This document shows positions 23,803-34,294 of a stretch of 64,000 bases of DNA, one piece after another. This DNA is from an uncultured Alphaproteobacteria bacterium (GTDB taxonomy: Bacteria; Pseudomonadota; Alphaproteobacteria; Rhizobiales; Xanthobacteraceae): contig CAWAXK010000001.1 of NCBI GenBank assembly GCA_963786025.1, positions 5,876-69,875 on the forward strand, written 5' to 3'. Position numbers and translations under genes: made by a program. Each line of letters begins with the position of its first letter. Within the stretch, counting starts at the first letter, position 1. The notes beneath the pieces were generated by a model, which did not search any database, was not told the origin of the DNA, and saw only the letters and a program-made list of their open reading frames with translations.

Positions 23803-26800
23803 GTGGCTGGTCTCGATTTCGTGCACTTGCACGTGCACTCGAACTATTCGCTGTTGGAAGGCGCGATCCCGCTGGCGCGCCTGGCCGAGCTCGCCAAGGC
23901 TGATAAGCAGCCGGCGCTGGCGCTCACCGACACCGACAACATGTTCGGGGCGCTGGAATTTTCCGAAAAACTGGCCGGCGCCGGTATCCAGCCGATCGTC
24001 GGCTGCGCGCTCGCCATCGACTTTGGCGACACCGATCACGGCGCCCGCAACGTCAACGCGCCGGCGCCGCGCGAGCGCATCGTGCTCCTGGCCGCGCGCG
24101 ATGCCGGCTATCGCAGCCTGATGCGGCTCAATTCGCGCGCCTTCCTCGATACGCCGCCGAACGAACCGCCACGCCTTAAGATCGAATGGCTGGAAGGCGA
24201 AACCGACGGCATCATCGCGCTCACCGGCGGCCCGGGCGGACCGCTCGACGGTGCAATCGCGGCCGGGCAGAGCCATCTCGCCACCACGCGGCTCGAGGTG
24301 CTGCACCGCCTGTTCGGCGACCGCCTTTACGTCGAATTGCAGCGCCACGGCACCGCCAACGAGCGCCTGACCGAGCCGATGCTGATCGATCTCGCCTATG
24401 CCAAAGGCGTTCCGCTGGTCGCCACCAACGAGCCGTTCTTCGCCGACCGTTCCGACCACGAAGCGCACGACGCGCTGATCTGCATCGCGGAAGGGCGGGT
24501 GGTGGCCGAATCCGACCGCCGCCAGCTCAATGCCGAGCACCGCTTCAAAAGCCGCGCCGAAATGCGCGAATTGTTCGCCGATCTGCCGGAGGCGCTCGCC
24601 AATACGGTCGAAATCGCCGAGCGCTGCTCGTTCCGCCCGCATACCCATCATCCGATCTTGCCGCGTTTTTCCGTCGGCGACAGCGTGGTCGACGAGGCGA
24701 GCGAACTGCGCAAGCGCGCCGAGGCCGGCCTGACGCAGCGGCTTGCCAGCGCCGGCGTCGCGCCCGGCCGCACCGAAGATGAATACCGCGCGCGGCTCGA
24801 GTTCGAATTGGGCGTCATCGCCGGCATGAAATATCCCGGCTACTTCCTGATCGTCGCCGATTTCATCCAATGGGCGAAGGCGCATGGCATTCCGGTCGGC
24901 CCCGGCCGCGGCTCCGGCGCCGGGTCGCTGGTTTCCTACGCGCTGACCATCACCGATCTCGATCCAATCCGCTTCGGGCTGCTGTTCGAGCGCTTCCTCA
25001 ATCCCGAGCGCGTGTCGATGCCCGACTTCGACATCGACTTCTGCCAGGACCGCCGCGACGAAGTGATCCGCTACGTGCAGGAGCGCTACGGCCGCGACCA
25101 GGTGGCGCAGATCATCACCTTCGGCACCTTGCAGGCGCGCGGCGTGCTGCGCGACGTCGGCCGTGTGCTGCAGATGCCCTACGGGCAGGTCGACAAGCTG
25201 TGCAAGCTGGTGCCGCAGAACCCCGCCAGTCCGGTCACGCTGGCGCAAGCCATCGAGGGCGAACCGAAGCTGCAGGCCGAGCGCGACGGCGATCCGGTGG
25301 TCAAGCGCGCCTTCGATATCGCGCGCAAGCTCGAAGGCCTCACCCGCCACGCCTCGACGCATGCCGCCGGCATCGTCATCGGCGACCGCGCGCTGTCGGA
25401 ACTGGTGCCGCTCTACCGCGATCCGAAATCCGACATGCCGGTGACCCAGTTCAATATGAAATGGGTGGAGCAGGCGGGCCTCGTGAAGTTCGACTTCCTC
25501 GGCCTCAAGACCTTGACCGTGTTGCAGACCGCGGTTGCGCTGGTGAAGCGGCGCGGCATCGACATCGATCTGACCCATCTGCCGCTCGACGACAAGAAAA
25601 CCTACGACCTGCTGGCGCGCGCCGAAGCGGTCGGCGTGTTCCAACTGGAAAGCGCGGGCATGCGGCGGGCGCTGCTCGACATGCGGCCCGACCGTTTCGA
25701 GGACATCATCGCGCTGGTCGCGCTCTACCGGCCGGGTCCGATGGCGAACATTCCGACCTATTGCGCGCGCAAGCACGAGATGGAGAAGCCGGACTACATC
25801 CACCCCAAGCTCGAATCCGTGCTGAAAGAGACCTTCGGCGTCATCGTCTATCAGGAACAGGTGATGCAGGCCGCGCAGATTTTGGCCGGCTACACGCTCG
25901 GCCAGGCCGATCTCCTGCGTCGCGCCATGGGCAAGAAGATCAGAAAAGAAATGCAGGCGCAGCGCGCCATTTTCGTCGAGGGCGCGGTCAAGAACGCCAT
26001 CGAACGCAACCAGGCTGACGCCATTTTCGATCTGCTCGAGCGCTTCGCCGAATACGGCTTCAACAAGAGCCACGCCGCGGCCTACGCGCTGGTCGCCTAC
26101 CAGACCGCCTATATGAAGGCGAATTTCCCGGTCGAGTTCCTGGCCGCCTCGATGACGCTCGACATGGGCAACACCGACAAGCTCGCGGAATTCCGCGCCG
26201 AGGCCGAGCGGCTTGGCATCAAGGTCGACCCGCCCTCGATCAACCGGTCGCATGTGGCCTTCGAGGTCGACGGCAACACCATCATCTACGCGCTGGCCGC
26301 GCTCAAGGGCGTCGGCAAGCAGGCGGTGGAAGCGATCATTGCCGCGCGGGCAACGGCCAAGTTCAAGGACTTGGCCGACTTCGCCGACCGCGTAAATCCG
26401 CGCGCCGTCAACAAACGCGTGCTGGAAAGCCTGGCGCAAGCCGGCGCCTTCGACGAATTCGAGCAAAACCGTGCGCGGGTGTTCATGACCGTGGATCAGG
26501 TCTTGGGCCGCGCCCAGCGCGCGCACGATTCCGCGACCATCGGGCAGAACGAACTGTTCGGCGGCGGCGGACAGCGCGAGCCGATTGCCTTGCCCAATGT
26601 CGAGCCCTGGCTGCCGGCGGAGCGCTTAAAACGCGAATACGAGGCGGTGGGATTTTTCCTGTCCGGCCATCCGCTCGACGACTATGCCGCCGTGCTCAAG
26701 AAATTGCGCGTGCAGTCCTGGGCGGAGTTTTCGCGCACGGTGAAAGCCGGTGCGACCGCCGGGCGCGTCGCCGGCACCGTGGTATCGCGGCAGGAGCGGC

Positions 26801-27252
26801 GCACCCGAACGGGGAGCAAGATGGGCATCATCGGCCTGTCCGATCCGACCGGCCATTACGAGGCAGTGATTTTCTCCGAAGGTTTGGCCGAGCACCGCGA
26901 TCTGCTCGAGCCGGGCACCGCGGTGCTGCTGTTCCTGTCGGCGGAAGTGCAGGGCGACGAGGTGCGCGCGCGCATCCAGTCGGCCGAGCCGCTCGACGCC
27001 GCCGCCGCCAATCTCAACAAAGGTCTGCGCGTCTTCCTGCGCAACCAGGCGCCGATCGAGGCGGTGGCCAAGCGGCTCGAATCGATCCCGCGCAACGCCG
27101 CGGCCAATGGCGACGGCGAGGTGAGCGTGGTGCTGATGCTGGATCGCGGCACCGAGGTAGAAGTGAAGCTGCCCGGCCGCTTCAAGGTCTCGCCGCAGAT
27201 CGCCGGCGCCATCAAGGCGGTGCCCGGCGTGGTGCAGGTCGAGGCGCTGTAA
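23803..27252 (+). CDS. dnaE: DNA polymerase III alpha subunit
   Basis: FVHLHVHSNYSLLEGA, GPGRGSGAGS, FERFLNPERVSMPDFDIDF, KFDFLGL, YGFNKSHAAAY. Confidence 0.98.
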   Translation: MAGLDFVHLHVHSNYSLLEGAIPLARLAELAKADKQPALALTDTDNMFGALEFSEKLAGAGIQPIVGCALAIDFGDTDHGARNVNAPAPRERIVLLAARDAGYRSLMRLNSRAFLDTPPNEPPRLKIEWLEGETDGIIALTGGPGGPLDGAIAAGQSHLATTRLEVLHRLFGDRLYVELQRHGTANERLTEPMLIDLAYAKGVPLVATNEPFFADRSDHEAHDALICIAEGRVVAESDRRQLNAEHRFKSRAEMRELFADLPEALANTVEIAERCSFRPHTHHPILPRFSVGDSVVDEASELRKRAEAGLTQRLASAGVAPGRTEDEYRARLEFELGVIAGMKYPGYFLIVADFIQWAKAHGIPVGPGRGSGAGSLVSYALTITDLDPIRFGLLFERFLNPERVSMPDFDIDFCQDRRDEVIRYVQERYGRDQVAQIITFGTLQARGVLRDVGRVLQMPYGQVDKLCKLVPQNPASPVTLAQAIEGEPKLQAERDGDPVVKRAFDIARKLEGLTRHASTHAAGIVIGDRALSELVPLYRDPKSDMPVTQFNMKWVEQAGLVKFDFLGLKTLTVLQTAVALVKRRGIDIDLTHLPLDDKKTYDLLARAEAVGVFQLESAGMRRALLDMRPDRFEDIIALVALYRPGPMANIPTYCARKHEMEKPDYIHPKLESVLKETFGVIVYQEQVMQAAQILAGYTLGQADLLRRAMGKKIRKEMQAQRAIFVEGAVKNAIERNQADAIFDLLERFAEYGFNKSHAAAYALVAYQTAYMKANFPVEFLAASMTLDMGNTDKLAEFRAEAERLGIKVDPPSINRSHVAFEVDGNTIIYALAALKGVGKQAVEAIIAARATAKFKDLADFADRVNPRAVNKRVLESLAQAGAFDEFEQNRARVFMTVDQVLGRAQRAHDSATIGQNELFGGGGQREPIALPNVEPWLPAERLKREYEAVGFFLSGHPLDDYAAVLKKLRVQSWAEFSRTVKAGATAGRVAGTVVSRQERRTRTGSKMGIIGLSDPTGHYEAVIFSEGLAEHRDLLEPGTAVLLFLSAEVQGDEVRARIQSAEPLDAAAANLNKGLRVFLRNQAPIEAVAKRLESIPRNAAANGDGEVSVVLMLDRGTEVEVKLPGRFKVSPQIAGAIKAVPGVVQVEAL

Positions 27253-27261
27253 GCCGCGCCA

Positions 27262-27672
27262 CTAATAGCCGGCGTGCGGGATGTCGAAATAGTACACCAG
27301 GCCGAAGATAAACATCCCGATCGAAACCGCCGCGATCGGCAGCAGGATCTGCATCGCCGCCTCGCGGCCGCTCAGGGCGCCGGTCCGGGTGGCGAAGCTT
27401 TGCGACGCCCAGGCGTCAAATGACTCCTTTGGCTCGCGCGTTTCCTCCGCCGGAGCGTTATGCTGCCACGTCTTCCAGATGAGGACGGGAATGCCCACGA
27501 GGATGACGAAGAATACGGTGATCATCGCCAGTGTCAGCCCGACATAGGCGCCGCGATTGAAAAAGACCCAGACCGACAGCACCAGCCAGATCGTCAGGGC
27601 AATCATGCTGCGGTAGACGAGCGGATGCAGGCCGTCATGCATGGGCCGGTCGTGGTGGGTGTGCGTACTCAT
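27262..27672 (-). CDS. Hypothetical membrane protein (about 3 TM segments)
   Basis: 136-aa ORF with GGAGG upstream and three hydrophobic stretches; convergent with dnaE. Confidence 0.75.
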   Translation of the reverse strand: MSTHTHHDRPMHDGLHPLVYRSMIALTIWLVLSVWVFFNRGAYVGLTLAMITVFFVILVGIPVLIWKTWQHNAPAEETREPKESFDAWASQSFATRTGALSGREAAMQILLPIAAVSIGMFIFGLVYYFDIPHAGY

Positions 27673-27812
27673 GGCGTCCTCCGCGGTCGCCGCCCCAGCG
27701 AAGATGCGACCGAAACGGCCGCTATGTTGCCTATGATCGGATAACGCCTATTGGCGGCGATGGTTCGCGGGTTAAATGGGCATCCTTACCCCATTAGGGG
27801 GCCGGTCGCGCC

Positions 27813-27841
27813 TTGCATCGCGGAAATCGCCCCTATATAAG
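27813..27841 (+). promoter_or_regulatory. Putative rpsB-tsf promoter
   Basis: TTGCAT-17 nt-TATAAG about 120 nt upstream of rpsB. Confidence 0.55.
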
Positions 27842-27958
27842 CCCGGCATCACTCACGCGGATCGTTGGCTTTAGGCCCCAACAATGGGTCAAAAAGGCCG
27901 TCCGGTGGTCCCTTTAGGGGGCTCACACACGACCGCGGCGGATCAACCGGAGAAGACT

Positions 27959-28957
27959 ATGGCGCTTCCTGAATTCAGCATGCGTCAGCTTTTGGAAGCT
28001 GGCGTGCATTTCGGCCATCAGGCCCACCGTTGGAACCCGAAGATGGGGAGTTACATCTTCGGCACCCGCAACAATATCCACATCATCGACCTCGCTCAGA
28101 GCGTGCCGATGCTGCATCGCGCGCTGCAGGCGGTGAGCGACACCGCCGCCAAGGGCGGCCGCATCCTGTTCGTCGGCACCAAGCGGCAGGCGCAAGACGC
28201 CATTGCCGCGGCCGCCAAGCAGTCGGCGCAGTATTACGTCAATTCGCGCTGGCTCGGCGGCACGCTGACCAACTGGAAAACCATCTCCGGTTCGATCTCG
28301 CGCCTGCGCAAGCTCGACGAGATGCTCAATTCCGGCGAAGCGGGCGGCTACACCAAGAAAGAGCGCCTGACGATGCAGCGCGAGCGCGACAAGCTCGACC
28401 GCTCGCTCGGCGGCATCAAGGACATGGGCGGCGTACCCGACCTCTTGTTCGTGATCGACACCAACAAGGAAGATATCGCGATCAAGGAAGCGCGCCGGCT
28501 CAATATTCCGGTCGCAGCGATTGTCGATACCAATTCCGATCCGGCCGGCATCACCTACGCGGTGCCCGGCAACGATGACGCCAGCCGCGCGGTTTCGCTT
28601 TATTGCGAACTGGTGGCGAAGGCCGCGCTCGACGGAATTTCGCGCGCGCAAGGCGATTTGGGCATCGACATCGGCGCTGCGGAAAAGCCGATCGTCGAGC
28701 CGGTGCCGACGGCGCCTGCGGCCGGCGATCTCGGCTTCGAACAACTGCCCGGTCCGCGCGGCGTCGCCGACGACCTCAAGAAGTTGCCCGGCATTTCGCC
28801 GGCGATCGAAAAGCAGCTCAACGACCTCGGCATCTTCCACTACTCGCAGATCGCCGAGCTTTCGCCCACCGCCGCGCACAATGTCGGCGAAGAAGTGGGA
28901 TTGCCCGGCCGCGTCGACGGCTGGATCGCGAAAGCCAAGCAACTGACCGCGGAGTAA
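27959..28957 (+). CDS. rpsB: 30S ribosomal protein S2 with a C-terminal extension
   Basis: [38 protein letters not shown]; start at ATG 27959. Confidence 0.97.
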   Translation: MALPEFSMRQLLEAGVHFGHQAHRWNPKMGSYIFGTRNNIHIIDLAQSVPMLHRALQAVSDTAAKGGRILFVGTKRQAQDAIAAAAKQSAQYYVNSRWLGGTLTNWKTISGSISRLRKLDEMLNSGEAGGYTKKERLTMQRERDKLDRSLGGIKDMGGVPDLLFVIDTNKEDIAIKEARRLNIPVAAIVDTNSDPAGITYAVPGNDDASRAVSLYCELVAKAALDGISRAQGDLGIDIGAAEKPIVEPVPTAPAAGDLGFEQLPGPRGVADDLKKLPGISPAIEKQLNDLGIFHYSQIAELSPTAAHNVGEEVGLPGRVDGWIAKAKQLTAE

Positions 28958-28964
28958 CGACGAG

Positions 28965-29888
28965 ATGGCGAATATCACGGCCCAGATGGTCAAGGAGCTG
29001 CGCGAGTCGACCGGCGCCGGCATGATGGATTGCAAGGCTGCGCTCACCGAAAACAACGGCGAGATGCAGGCGGCGCAGGACTGGCTGCGCAAGAAAGGTC
29101 TGTCGAAAGCCGCCAAGAAGGCCGGCCGCGTCGCCGCGGAAGGCCTGATCGGCGTCATGGTGCAGGGCACCAAGGGCGTCGTGGTTGAAGTCAATTCGGA
29201 AACTGATTTCGTCGCCCGCAACGACCTGTTCCAGGGCCTGGTGAAGATGATCGCGGACGTCGCGCTCAGCACCGGCACCGACGTCGAGAAGATCAAGGCC
29301 ACCAAGGCCGGCTCGATCACCATCGGCGACTCGATCAACGATACGATCGCCAAGATCGGCGAGAACATGACGCTGCGCCGCGCCGCCTCGCTCGCGGTCA
29401 GCAGCGGCGTCGTTGCTTATTACGTGCACAACGCGGTCAGCGACGGCCTCGGCAAGATCGGCGTGCTGGTCGCGCTGGAATCGTCAGGCAAAGCCGATGA
29501 GTTGATGGCATTCGGCCGGCAGGTTGCGATGCACGTTGCTTCCGCTAATCCGCTTGCGGTCGATGCTTCCGGCGTGGATCCGGCGGTGATCAAGCGAGAA
29601 AAGGACATCCTCGCCGACAAATTCCGTCAGCAAGGCAAGCCCGAGAATATGATCGAGAAGATCGTCGAATCGGGTCTGAAAACCTTCTACAAGGAGCAGA
29701 CACTGCTCGACCAACCCTTTATCTTCGACGACAAGAAGACCGTCGCGCAAGCGTCGAAGGAAACGGAAGGCAAAGTCGGCGGGCCGATCAAGATCACCGG
29801 GTTCGTGCGCTATGCGCTCGGCGAGGGAATTGAGAAGCAGGAAACCGATTTCGCCGCCGAGGTCGCGGCGGCGGCCGGTCAGGGCTGA
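28965..29888 (+). CDS. tsf: Elongation factor Ts
   Basis: [31 protein letters not shown]. Confidence 0.98.
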   Translation: MANITAQMVKELRESTGAGMMDCKAALTENNGEMQAAQDWLRKKGLSKAAKKAGRVAAEGLIGVMVQGTKGVVVEVNSETDFVARNDLFQGLVKMIADVALSTGTDVEKIKATKAGSITIGDSINDTIAKIGENMTLRRAASLAVSSGVVAYYVHNAVSDGLGKIGVLVALESSGKADELMAFGRQVAMHVASANPLAVDASGVDPAVIKREKDILADKFRQQGKPENMIEKIVESGLKTFYKEQTLLDQPFIFDDKKTVAQASKETEGKVGGPIKITGFVRYALGEGIEKQETDFAAEVAAAAGQG

Positions 29889-29929
29889 CCGTACGACCGC
29901 TTCGGCGATCCGATGGAGGATCGCAACGC

Positions 29930-30643
29930 ATGAGTGATCCGCTCTACCGACGCGTCATCGTCAAATTGTCCGGCGAGGCTCTCACCGGAAGCAGCGGATT
30001 CGGCATCGATCAGGCGACGGTCGAGCGGCTGGCGGCCGATCTGGTCGCCACCGCGAAACTCGGCGTCGAACTCGGTGTGGTGGTCGGCGGCGGCAACATT
30101 TTTCGCGGCGTCGAAGTGTCCGAGCGCGGCGTGCCGCGCCCGGTCGGCGACACCATGGGCATGCTGGCGACGGTAATGAATTGCCTAGTGCTGGAGGCCG
30201 CCGTCGAGCGCGCGGGTTGCGAGGCGCGCACGCTCTCGGCGCTCGCCATGACCGCGGTGTGCGAGACCTATAACCGCAAGCGTGCGCTGAAAAATCTCGG
30301 CAAGGGCCGCGTCGTACTGCTGGCCGCCGGCACCGGCAATCCGTTCTTCACCACCGACACCACGGCGGTGCTGCGCGCCGCCGAACTCGGCTGCCACGCG
30401 GTCCTCAAGGCCACCAATGTGGATGGGGTCTATACGGCGGACCCCAAGAAGGACCCGAAGGCCAAGCGCTACGACAAGCTCGGGCACCAGGAGGCGATCG
30501 AGAAGGACCTGCGGGTGATGGATTCGACCGCCTTCGCGCTTGCCCGGGAAAACCACATGCCTATCATCGTGTTTTCGATCGCCGATAAGGGCGCCATCGA
30601 AGCCGTTCTGCGCGGCAAGGGCCGTTCGACGATGATTGGCTAG
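29930..30643 (+). CDS. pyrH: Uridylate kinase
   Basis: [33 protein letters not shown]. Confidence 0.97.
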   Translation: MSDPLYRRVIVKLSGEALTGSSGFGIDQATVERLAADLVATAKLGVELGVVVGGGNIFRGVEVSERGVPRPVGDTMGMLATVMNCLVLEAAVERAGCEARTLSALAMTAVCETYNRKRALKNLGKGRVVLLAAGTGNPFFTTDTTAVLRAAELGCHAVLKATNVDGVYTADPKKDPKAKRYDKLGHQEAIEKDLRVMDSTAFALARENHMPIIVFSIADKGAIEAVLRGKGRSTMIG

Positions 30644-30688
30644 ACCGGGTCCGCGCGTTTCGCGCGACGTCGTGTTCGGGGGATCGCC

Positions 30689-31252
30689 ATGACAAACGCA
30701 ACGTACGATATCAACGAAATCAAGCGCCGCATGCAGGGCGCGAGCACCGTGCTCAAGACCGAATTATCCGGCCTTCGCACGGGAAGAGCCTCCGCCCACA
30801 TGCTCGATCCGGTCATGGTCGACGCCTATGGCGCGCAGATGCCGCTCAATCAGGTGGCCAGCGTCAGCATACCGGAGCCGCGCCTGATCGCGGTCAACGT
30901 CTGGGACCGCGCGCTGGTGCACGCAGTGGAAAAGGCGATCATCAATTCCAATTTGGGCCTGTCGCCGGCGACCGAAGGGCAGATGGTGCGGCTGCGCATC
31001 CCCGAGCTCAACGAGGAGCGGCGTAAGGAACTGGTCAAGATCGCGCATAAATATGCCGAGACCGCGCGCGTGGCGGTGCGGCACGTGCGCCGCGATGCCA
31101 TGGAAACGGTCAAGAAGCTCGAGAAGGACCACAAGATCAGCAAGGACGACCACGACCGCTATTCCGGCGATATCCAGAAGGCGACCGATGCCGGGATCAC
31201 CGAGATCGACCATCTTTTGGCGGCGAAGGAAAAGGAGATCCTCACCGTCTGA
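30689..31252 (+). CDS. frr: Ribosome recycling factor
   Basis: LRTGRAS, PELNEERRKELVK, VAVRHVRRD, KEKEIL. Confidence 0.97.
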   Translation: MTNATYDINEIKRRMQGASTVLKTELSGLRTGRASAHMLDPVMVDAYGAQMPLNQVASVSIPEPRLIAVNVWDRALVHAVEKAIINSNLGLSPATEGQMVRLRIPELNEERRKELVKIAHKYAETARVAVRHVRRDAMETVKKLEKDHKISKDDHDRYSGDIQKATDAGITEIDHLLAAKEKEILTV

Positions 31253-31301
31253 GGCAGCGCCTAGGGTCCGAAATAGCCGGTCTTTTGGTTAATCCCGGCG
31301 C

Positions 31302-31330
31302 AAAACCGGTTTTCGGACAAGATCATGCGC
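31302..31330. repeat. Right half of the same palindromic repeat, copy 4
   Basis: The 25 nt AAACCGGTTTTCGGACAAGATCATG are identical to 12333-12357. Confidence 0.8.
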
Positions 31331-31387
31331 AAGGATAGTGTTAGGCCAGCATACTGATTCAACTGGAAACGATACGGCTCAAAACCC

Positions 31388-32146
31388 ATGCCCGAGGCCG
31401 AGGTTCCGCATAGCGCCACGCCGCCGTTCGAGCGGGCGCCGCGTCATGTCGGCATCATCATGGATGGCAACGGCCGTTGGGCGGCGGCGCGCGGGTTGCC
31501 GCGCGTGGAGGGGCATCGCCGCGGCGTCGAGGCTTTGCGGCGGACGATCCGCGCGGCGACCGAGATCGGCATTCGCTTCATTACCATCTTCTCCTTCAGC
31601 GCGGAAAACTGGTCGCGGCCGGCCAACGAAGTCGGCGAACTGATGGGCTTGCTACGCCGCTTCATCCGTAACGATCTCGCCGAGTTGCACCGCAGCGGCG
31701 TGCGTGTGCGCGTGATCGGCGAGCGTAACGATCTCGATCCGGATATCGGCCGGCTGCTGGTGGAGGCGGAAGAACTTACCAAGGACAACGACGGCCTCAC
31801 TTTGGTGGTGGCCTTCAATTACGGTGCGCGACAGGAGATCACCCGCGCGGCGCAGCGCATCGCCGAAGAAGTGGCGAAGGGGGCCCTCAAGCCCGCCGAC
31901 ATCACCATGGAAACCGTCGGCGCTTATCTCGACGCGCCGGATATCCCCGATCCCGACCTCGTCATCCGCACCAGCGGCGAGCAGCGGCTGTCGAATTTCC
32001 TGCTCTGGCAATCGGCCTATAGCGAATTGGTGTTCGTGCCGACCTATTGGCCGGACTTCGACCGCGCGGCGCTCGACGCGGCGATCCGCGAATATCAGCA
32101 GCGCGAGCGCCGGTTCGGCGGCCTGGTCGCGAAGACCGGATCCTGA
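31388..32146 (+). CDS. uppS: Undecaprenyl diphosphate synthase (isoprenyl transferase)
   Basis: [44 protein letters not shown]. Confidence 0.97.
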   Translation: MPEAEVPHSATPPFERAPRHVGIIMDGNGRWAAARGLPRVEGHRRGVEALRRTIRAATEIGIRFITIFSFSAENWSRPANEVGELMGLLRRFIRNDLAELHRSGVRVRVIGERNDLDPDIGRLLVEAEELTKDNDGLTLVVAFNYGARQEITRAAQRIAEEVAKGALKPADITMETVGAYLDAPDIPDPDLVIRTSGEQRLSNFLLWQSAYSELVFVPTYWPDFDRAALDAAIREYQQRERRFGGLVAKTGS

Positions 32147-32150
32147 CGCC

Positions 32151-33014
32151 GTGGTCGATGCCGACCCCGTTTCCAAACCGGGCGACAGCGGCGCAGCTGC
32201 GCCCACGAACAATCTCGTACTGCGAATCGCGTCCGCCGCGGTGATGGCGCCGCTGGCGCTGTTCACGGCCTATCTCGGCGACTGGCCGTTCGCGTTGTTC
32301 TGGGGCCTCGCCGCTATTGCCGTATTGTGGGAATGGACCACGCTGGTCGCCGGCCCGAGCCACCGGTTGATGTTGTCCGCCTGCGGCAGCGCGATCGCGG
32401 TGGCTGCTTTGGTCGCCTGGCACGGCCGGCCGATCGCTGCAATTCTGGTAGTCGGGCTGGGCGCGCTCGCGGCTTTGATTTTCGCGCCGCGCGAGCGGCG
32501 GCTGTGGATTACTGCCGGGATCGGCTATGCGGGGTCCATGCTGCTCGCGCCGATGCTGCTGCGGGCCGATGACGTCGATGGGTTTCTCGCGATGGTGCTG
32601 TTGTTCGCGATTGTCTGGACGACCGACGTGCTGGGCTATTTCGCCGGCCGCGCCTTCGGCGGGCCGAAACTGATGCCGGCGGTGAGCCCGAAAAAGACTT
32701 GGTCGGGAGCCATTGCCGGCACGCTCGGCGCCATGATCGTGGCCGTCCTGGTCGCTAGCCAGTTTGACCCGTTCAATAAGACAGCCATTGCGAGCGTCGC
32801 GTTGCTGCTGTCGGTGGTGGCGCAACTCGGCGACCTTCTCGAATCCTGGGTCAAGCGCCAGTTTGGCGCCAAGGATGCGAGCCACCTCATTCCCGGTCAT
32901 GGCGGCGTGATGGATCGGCTCGACGGTTTCTGGGCGGCGGCGCTAGTCGGTTGCCTGGTCGGATTGCTGCGCGGTGGTTTCGATGGCGCCGCGCGCGGGT
33001 TGCTGGTGTGGTGA
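32151..33014 (+). CDS. cdsA: Phosphatidate cytidylyltransferase
   Basis: [41 protein letters not shown] 32151 start is uncertain. Confidence 0.93.
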   Translation: MVDADPVSKPGDSGAAAPTNNLVLRIASAAVMAPLALFTAYLGDWPFALFWGLAAIAVLWEWTTLVAGPSHRLMLSACGSAIAVAALVAWHGRPIAAILVVGLGALAALIFAPRERRLWITAGIGYAGSMLLAPMLLRADDVDGFLAMVLLFAIVWTTDVLGYFAGRAFGGPKLMPAVSPKKTWSGAIAGTLGAMIVAVLVASQFDPFNKTAIASVALLLSVVAQLGDLLESWVKRQFGAKDASHLIPGHGGVMDRLDGFWAAALVGCLVGLLRGGFDGAARGLLVW

Positions 33015-33018
33015 ACGC

Positions 33019-34245
33019 ATGACCGTCCCTGGCATCGCCCGATCGAAACCGCGGCCGGCCGCCGCCGTACGCAGCATCACCATTCTCGGCGCCACCGGCT
33101 CGATCGGTGCCAGCACCGTCGATCTGATCAAGCGCGCGCCCGAGCGCTATCGCGTCGAGGCCGTCAGCGCGCGGCGCAATGCAGCGGCGCTAGCGCAAAT
33201 CGCACGCGAGGTCGGCGCACGCTTTGCCGTGGTCGCCGATCCGGCGGCCTATGGCGAACTGAAAGATGCCTTGGCCGGCAGTGGCATCGAGACGGCGGCC
33301 GGCGAGGGCGCTCTGCTCGAAGCCGCGCAACGTCCTGCCGATTGGCTGATGGCGGCGATCAGCGGCGCGGTCGGACTGAAGCCGACGCTCGCGGCCATCG
33401 AACGCGGCGCGACCGTCGCACTCGCCAACAAGGAATGTCTGGTTTGCGCCGGCGCCTTGTTCATGCGGCGCGCCGCAATTGCCGGCGCGACGGTGTTGCC
33501 GGTCGACAGCGAGCACAACGCCATCTTCCAGGCGCTCGGCTCCGGCACGCGCGAAGAGCTCAAGCGCGTGATCCTGACCGCCTCGGGCGGGCCGTTCCGC
33601 ACATGGTCGCTTGAGGCGATCAAGGCGGCGACACCGGAACAGGCGCTGCGTCATCCGAACTGGTCGATGGGTCCGAAGATCACCATCAATTCGGCGAGCC
33701 TGATGAACAAGGGCCTGGAAGTGATCGAGGCCTATCACCTGTTCGCGCTCAAGCCGGAAGAGATCGACGTGCTGGTGCACCCGCAGTCGGTGGTGCATGG
33801 GCTGGTGGAATTCAGGGATGGTTCGGTCGTGGCCCAGCTCGGTTCGCCTGACATGCGGATTCCGATCGCGCATTGCCTGGGCTGGCCGCACCGGATCGAC
33901 GGGCCGGCGGCGCGGCTCGATCTGGCGCGGGTCCGTGAATTGACCTTCGAGGCTCCCGACCTTGTGCGCTTTCCGGCGCTCGCGCTGGCACGGCGCGTCC
34001 TGCAGGCGGGCGGGGCGGCGCCAACCGTATTCAATGCCGCCAACGAAGTCGCGGTCGCCGAATTCCTCGCCGGCCGCATCAGTTTTCCCGCCATTACGGC
34101 GCTGGTTGACGCGACGCTGGACGCTGCTTCCGGGCGCGGCCTGCTGGCGGAAGCGGCCGATATCGATGCCGCACTCGCCGTTGACCATAATGCGAGAAGT
34201 TTAGCCTTAGCCCTCTTGCCCGAAATTGCCGTAAAGTCATCCTAG
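33019..34245 (+). CDS. dxr: 1-deoxy-D-xylulose-5-phosphate reductoisomerase
   Basis: [42 protein letters not shown]. Confidence 0.97.
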   Translation: MTVPGIARSKPRPAAAVRSITILGATGSIGASTVDLIKRAPERYRVEAVSARRNAAALAQIAREVGARFAVVADPAAYGELKDALAGSGIETAAGEGALLEAAQRPADWLMAAISGAVGLKPTLAAIERGATVALANKECLVCAGALFMRRAAIAGATVLPVDSEHNAIFQALGSGTREELKRVILTASGGPFRTWSLEAIKAATPEQALRHPNWSMGPKITINSASLMNKGLEVIEAYHLFALKPEEIDVLVHPQSVVHGLVEFRDGSVVAQLGSPDMRIPIAHCLGWPHRIDGPAARLDLARVRELTFEAPDLVRFPALALARRVLQAGGAAPTVFNAANEVAVAEFLAGRISFPAITALVDATLDAASGRGLLAEAADIDAALAVDHNARSLALALLPEIAVKSS

Positions 34246-34294
34246 TAATCTTTCGCTAACGATGCGGGCGCCATAGCGGCGGGACGAGGGTGTG

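Noticed and set aside
23797..26526. 909-aa antisense ORF over dnaE (likewise 13832-16036, 3976-5547 and 46627-48675)
   Set aside because: Shadow ORFs expected from high-GC codon bias opposite real genes; no recognisable motifs.
10175..31330. Repeated elements considered as a CRISPR array or IS ends
   Set aside because: The copies are dispersed kilobases apart, with no spacer array, cas genes, transposase or target-site duplications.
33685..33700. Dxr KITINSAS instead of the usual KITIDSA
   Set aside because: A single substitution in a window with evident sequence errors; cannot be interpreted without reads.
34245..34260. GTAA-N7-CTAAC upstream of rseP, and TTAA-N7-TGAA near 50626, as CtrA boxes
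   Set aside because: One or two mismatches from TTAA-N7-TTAA; too weak without conservation data.
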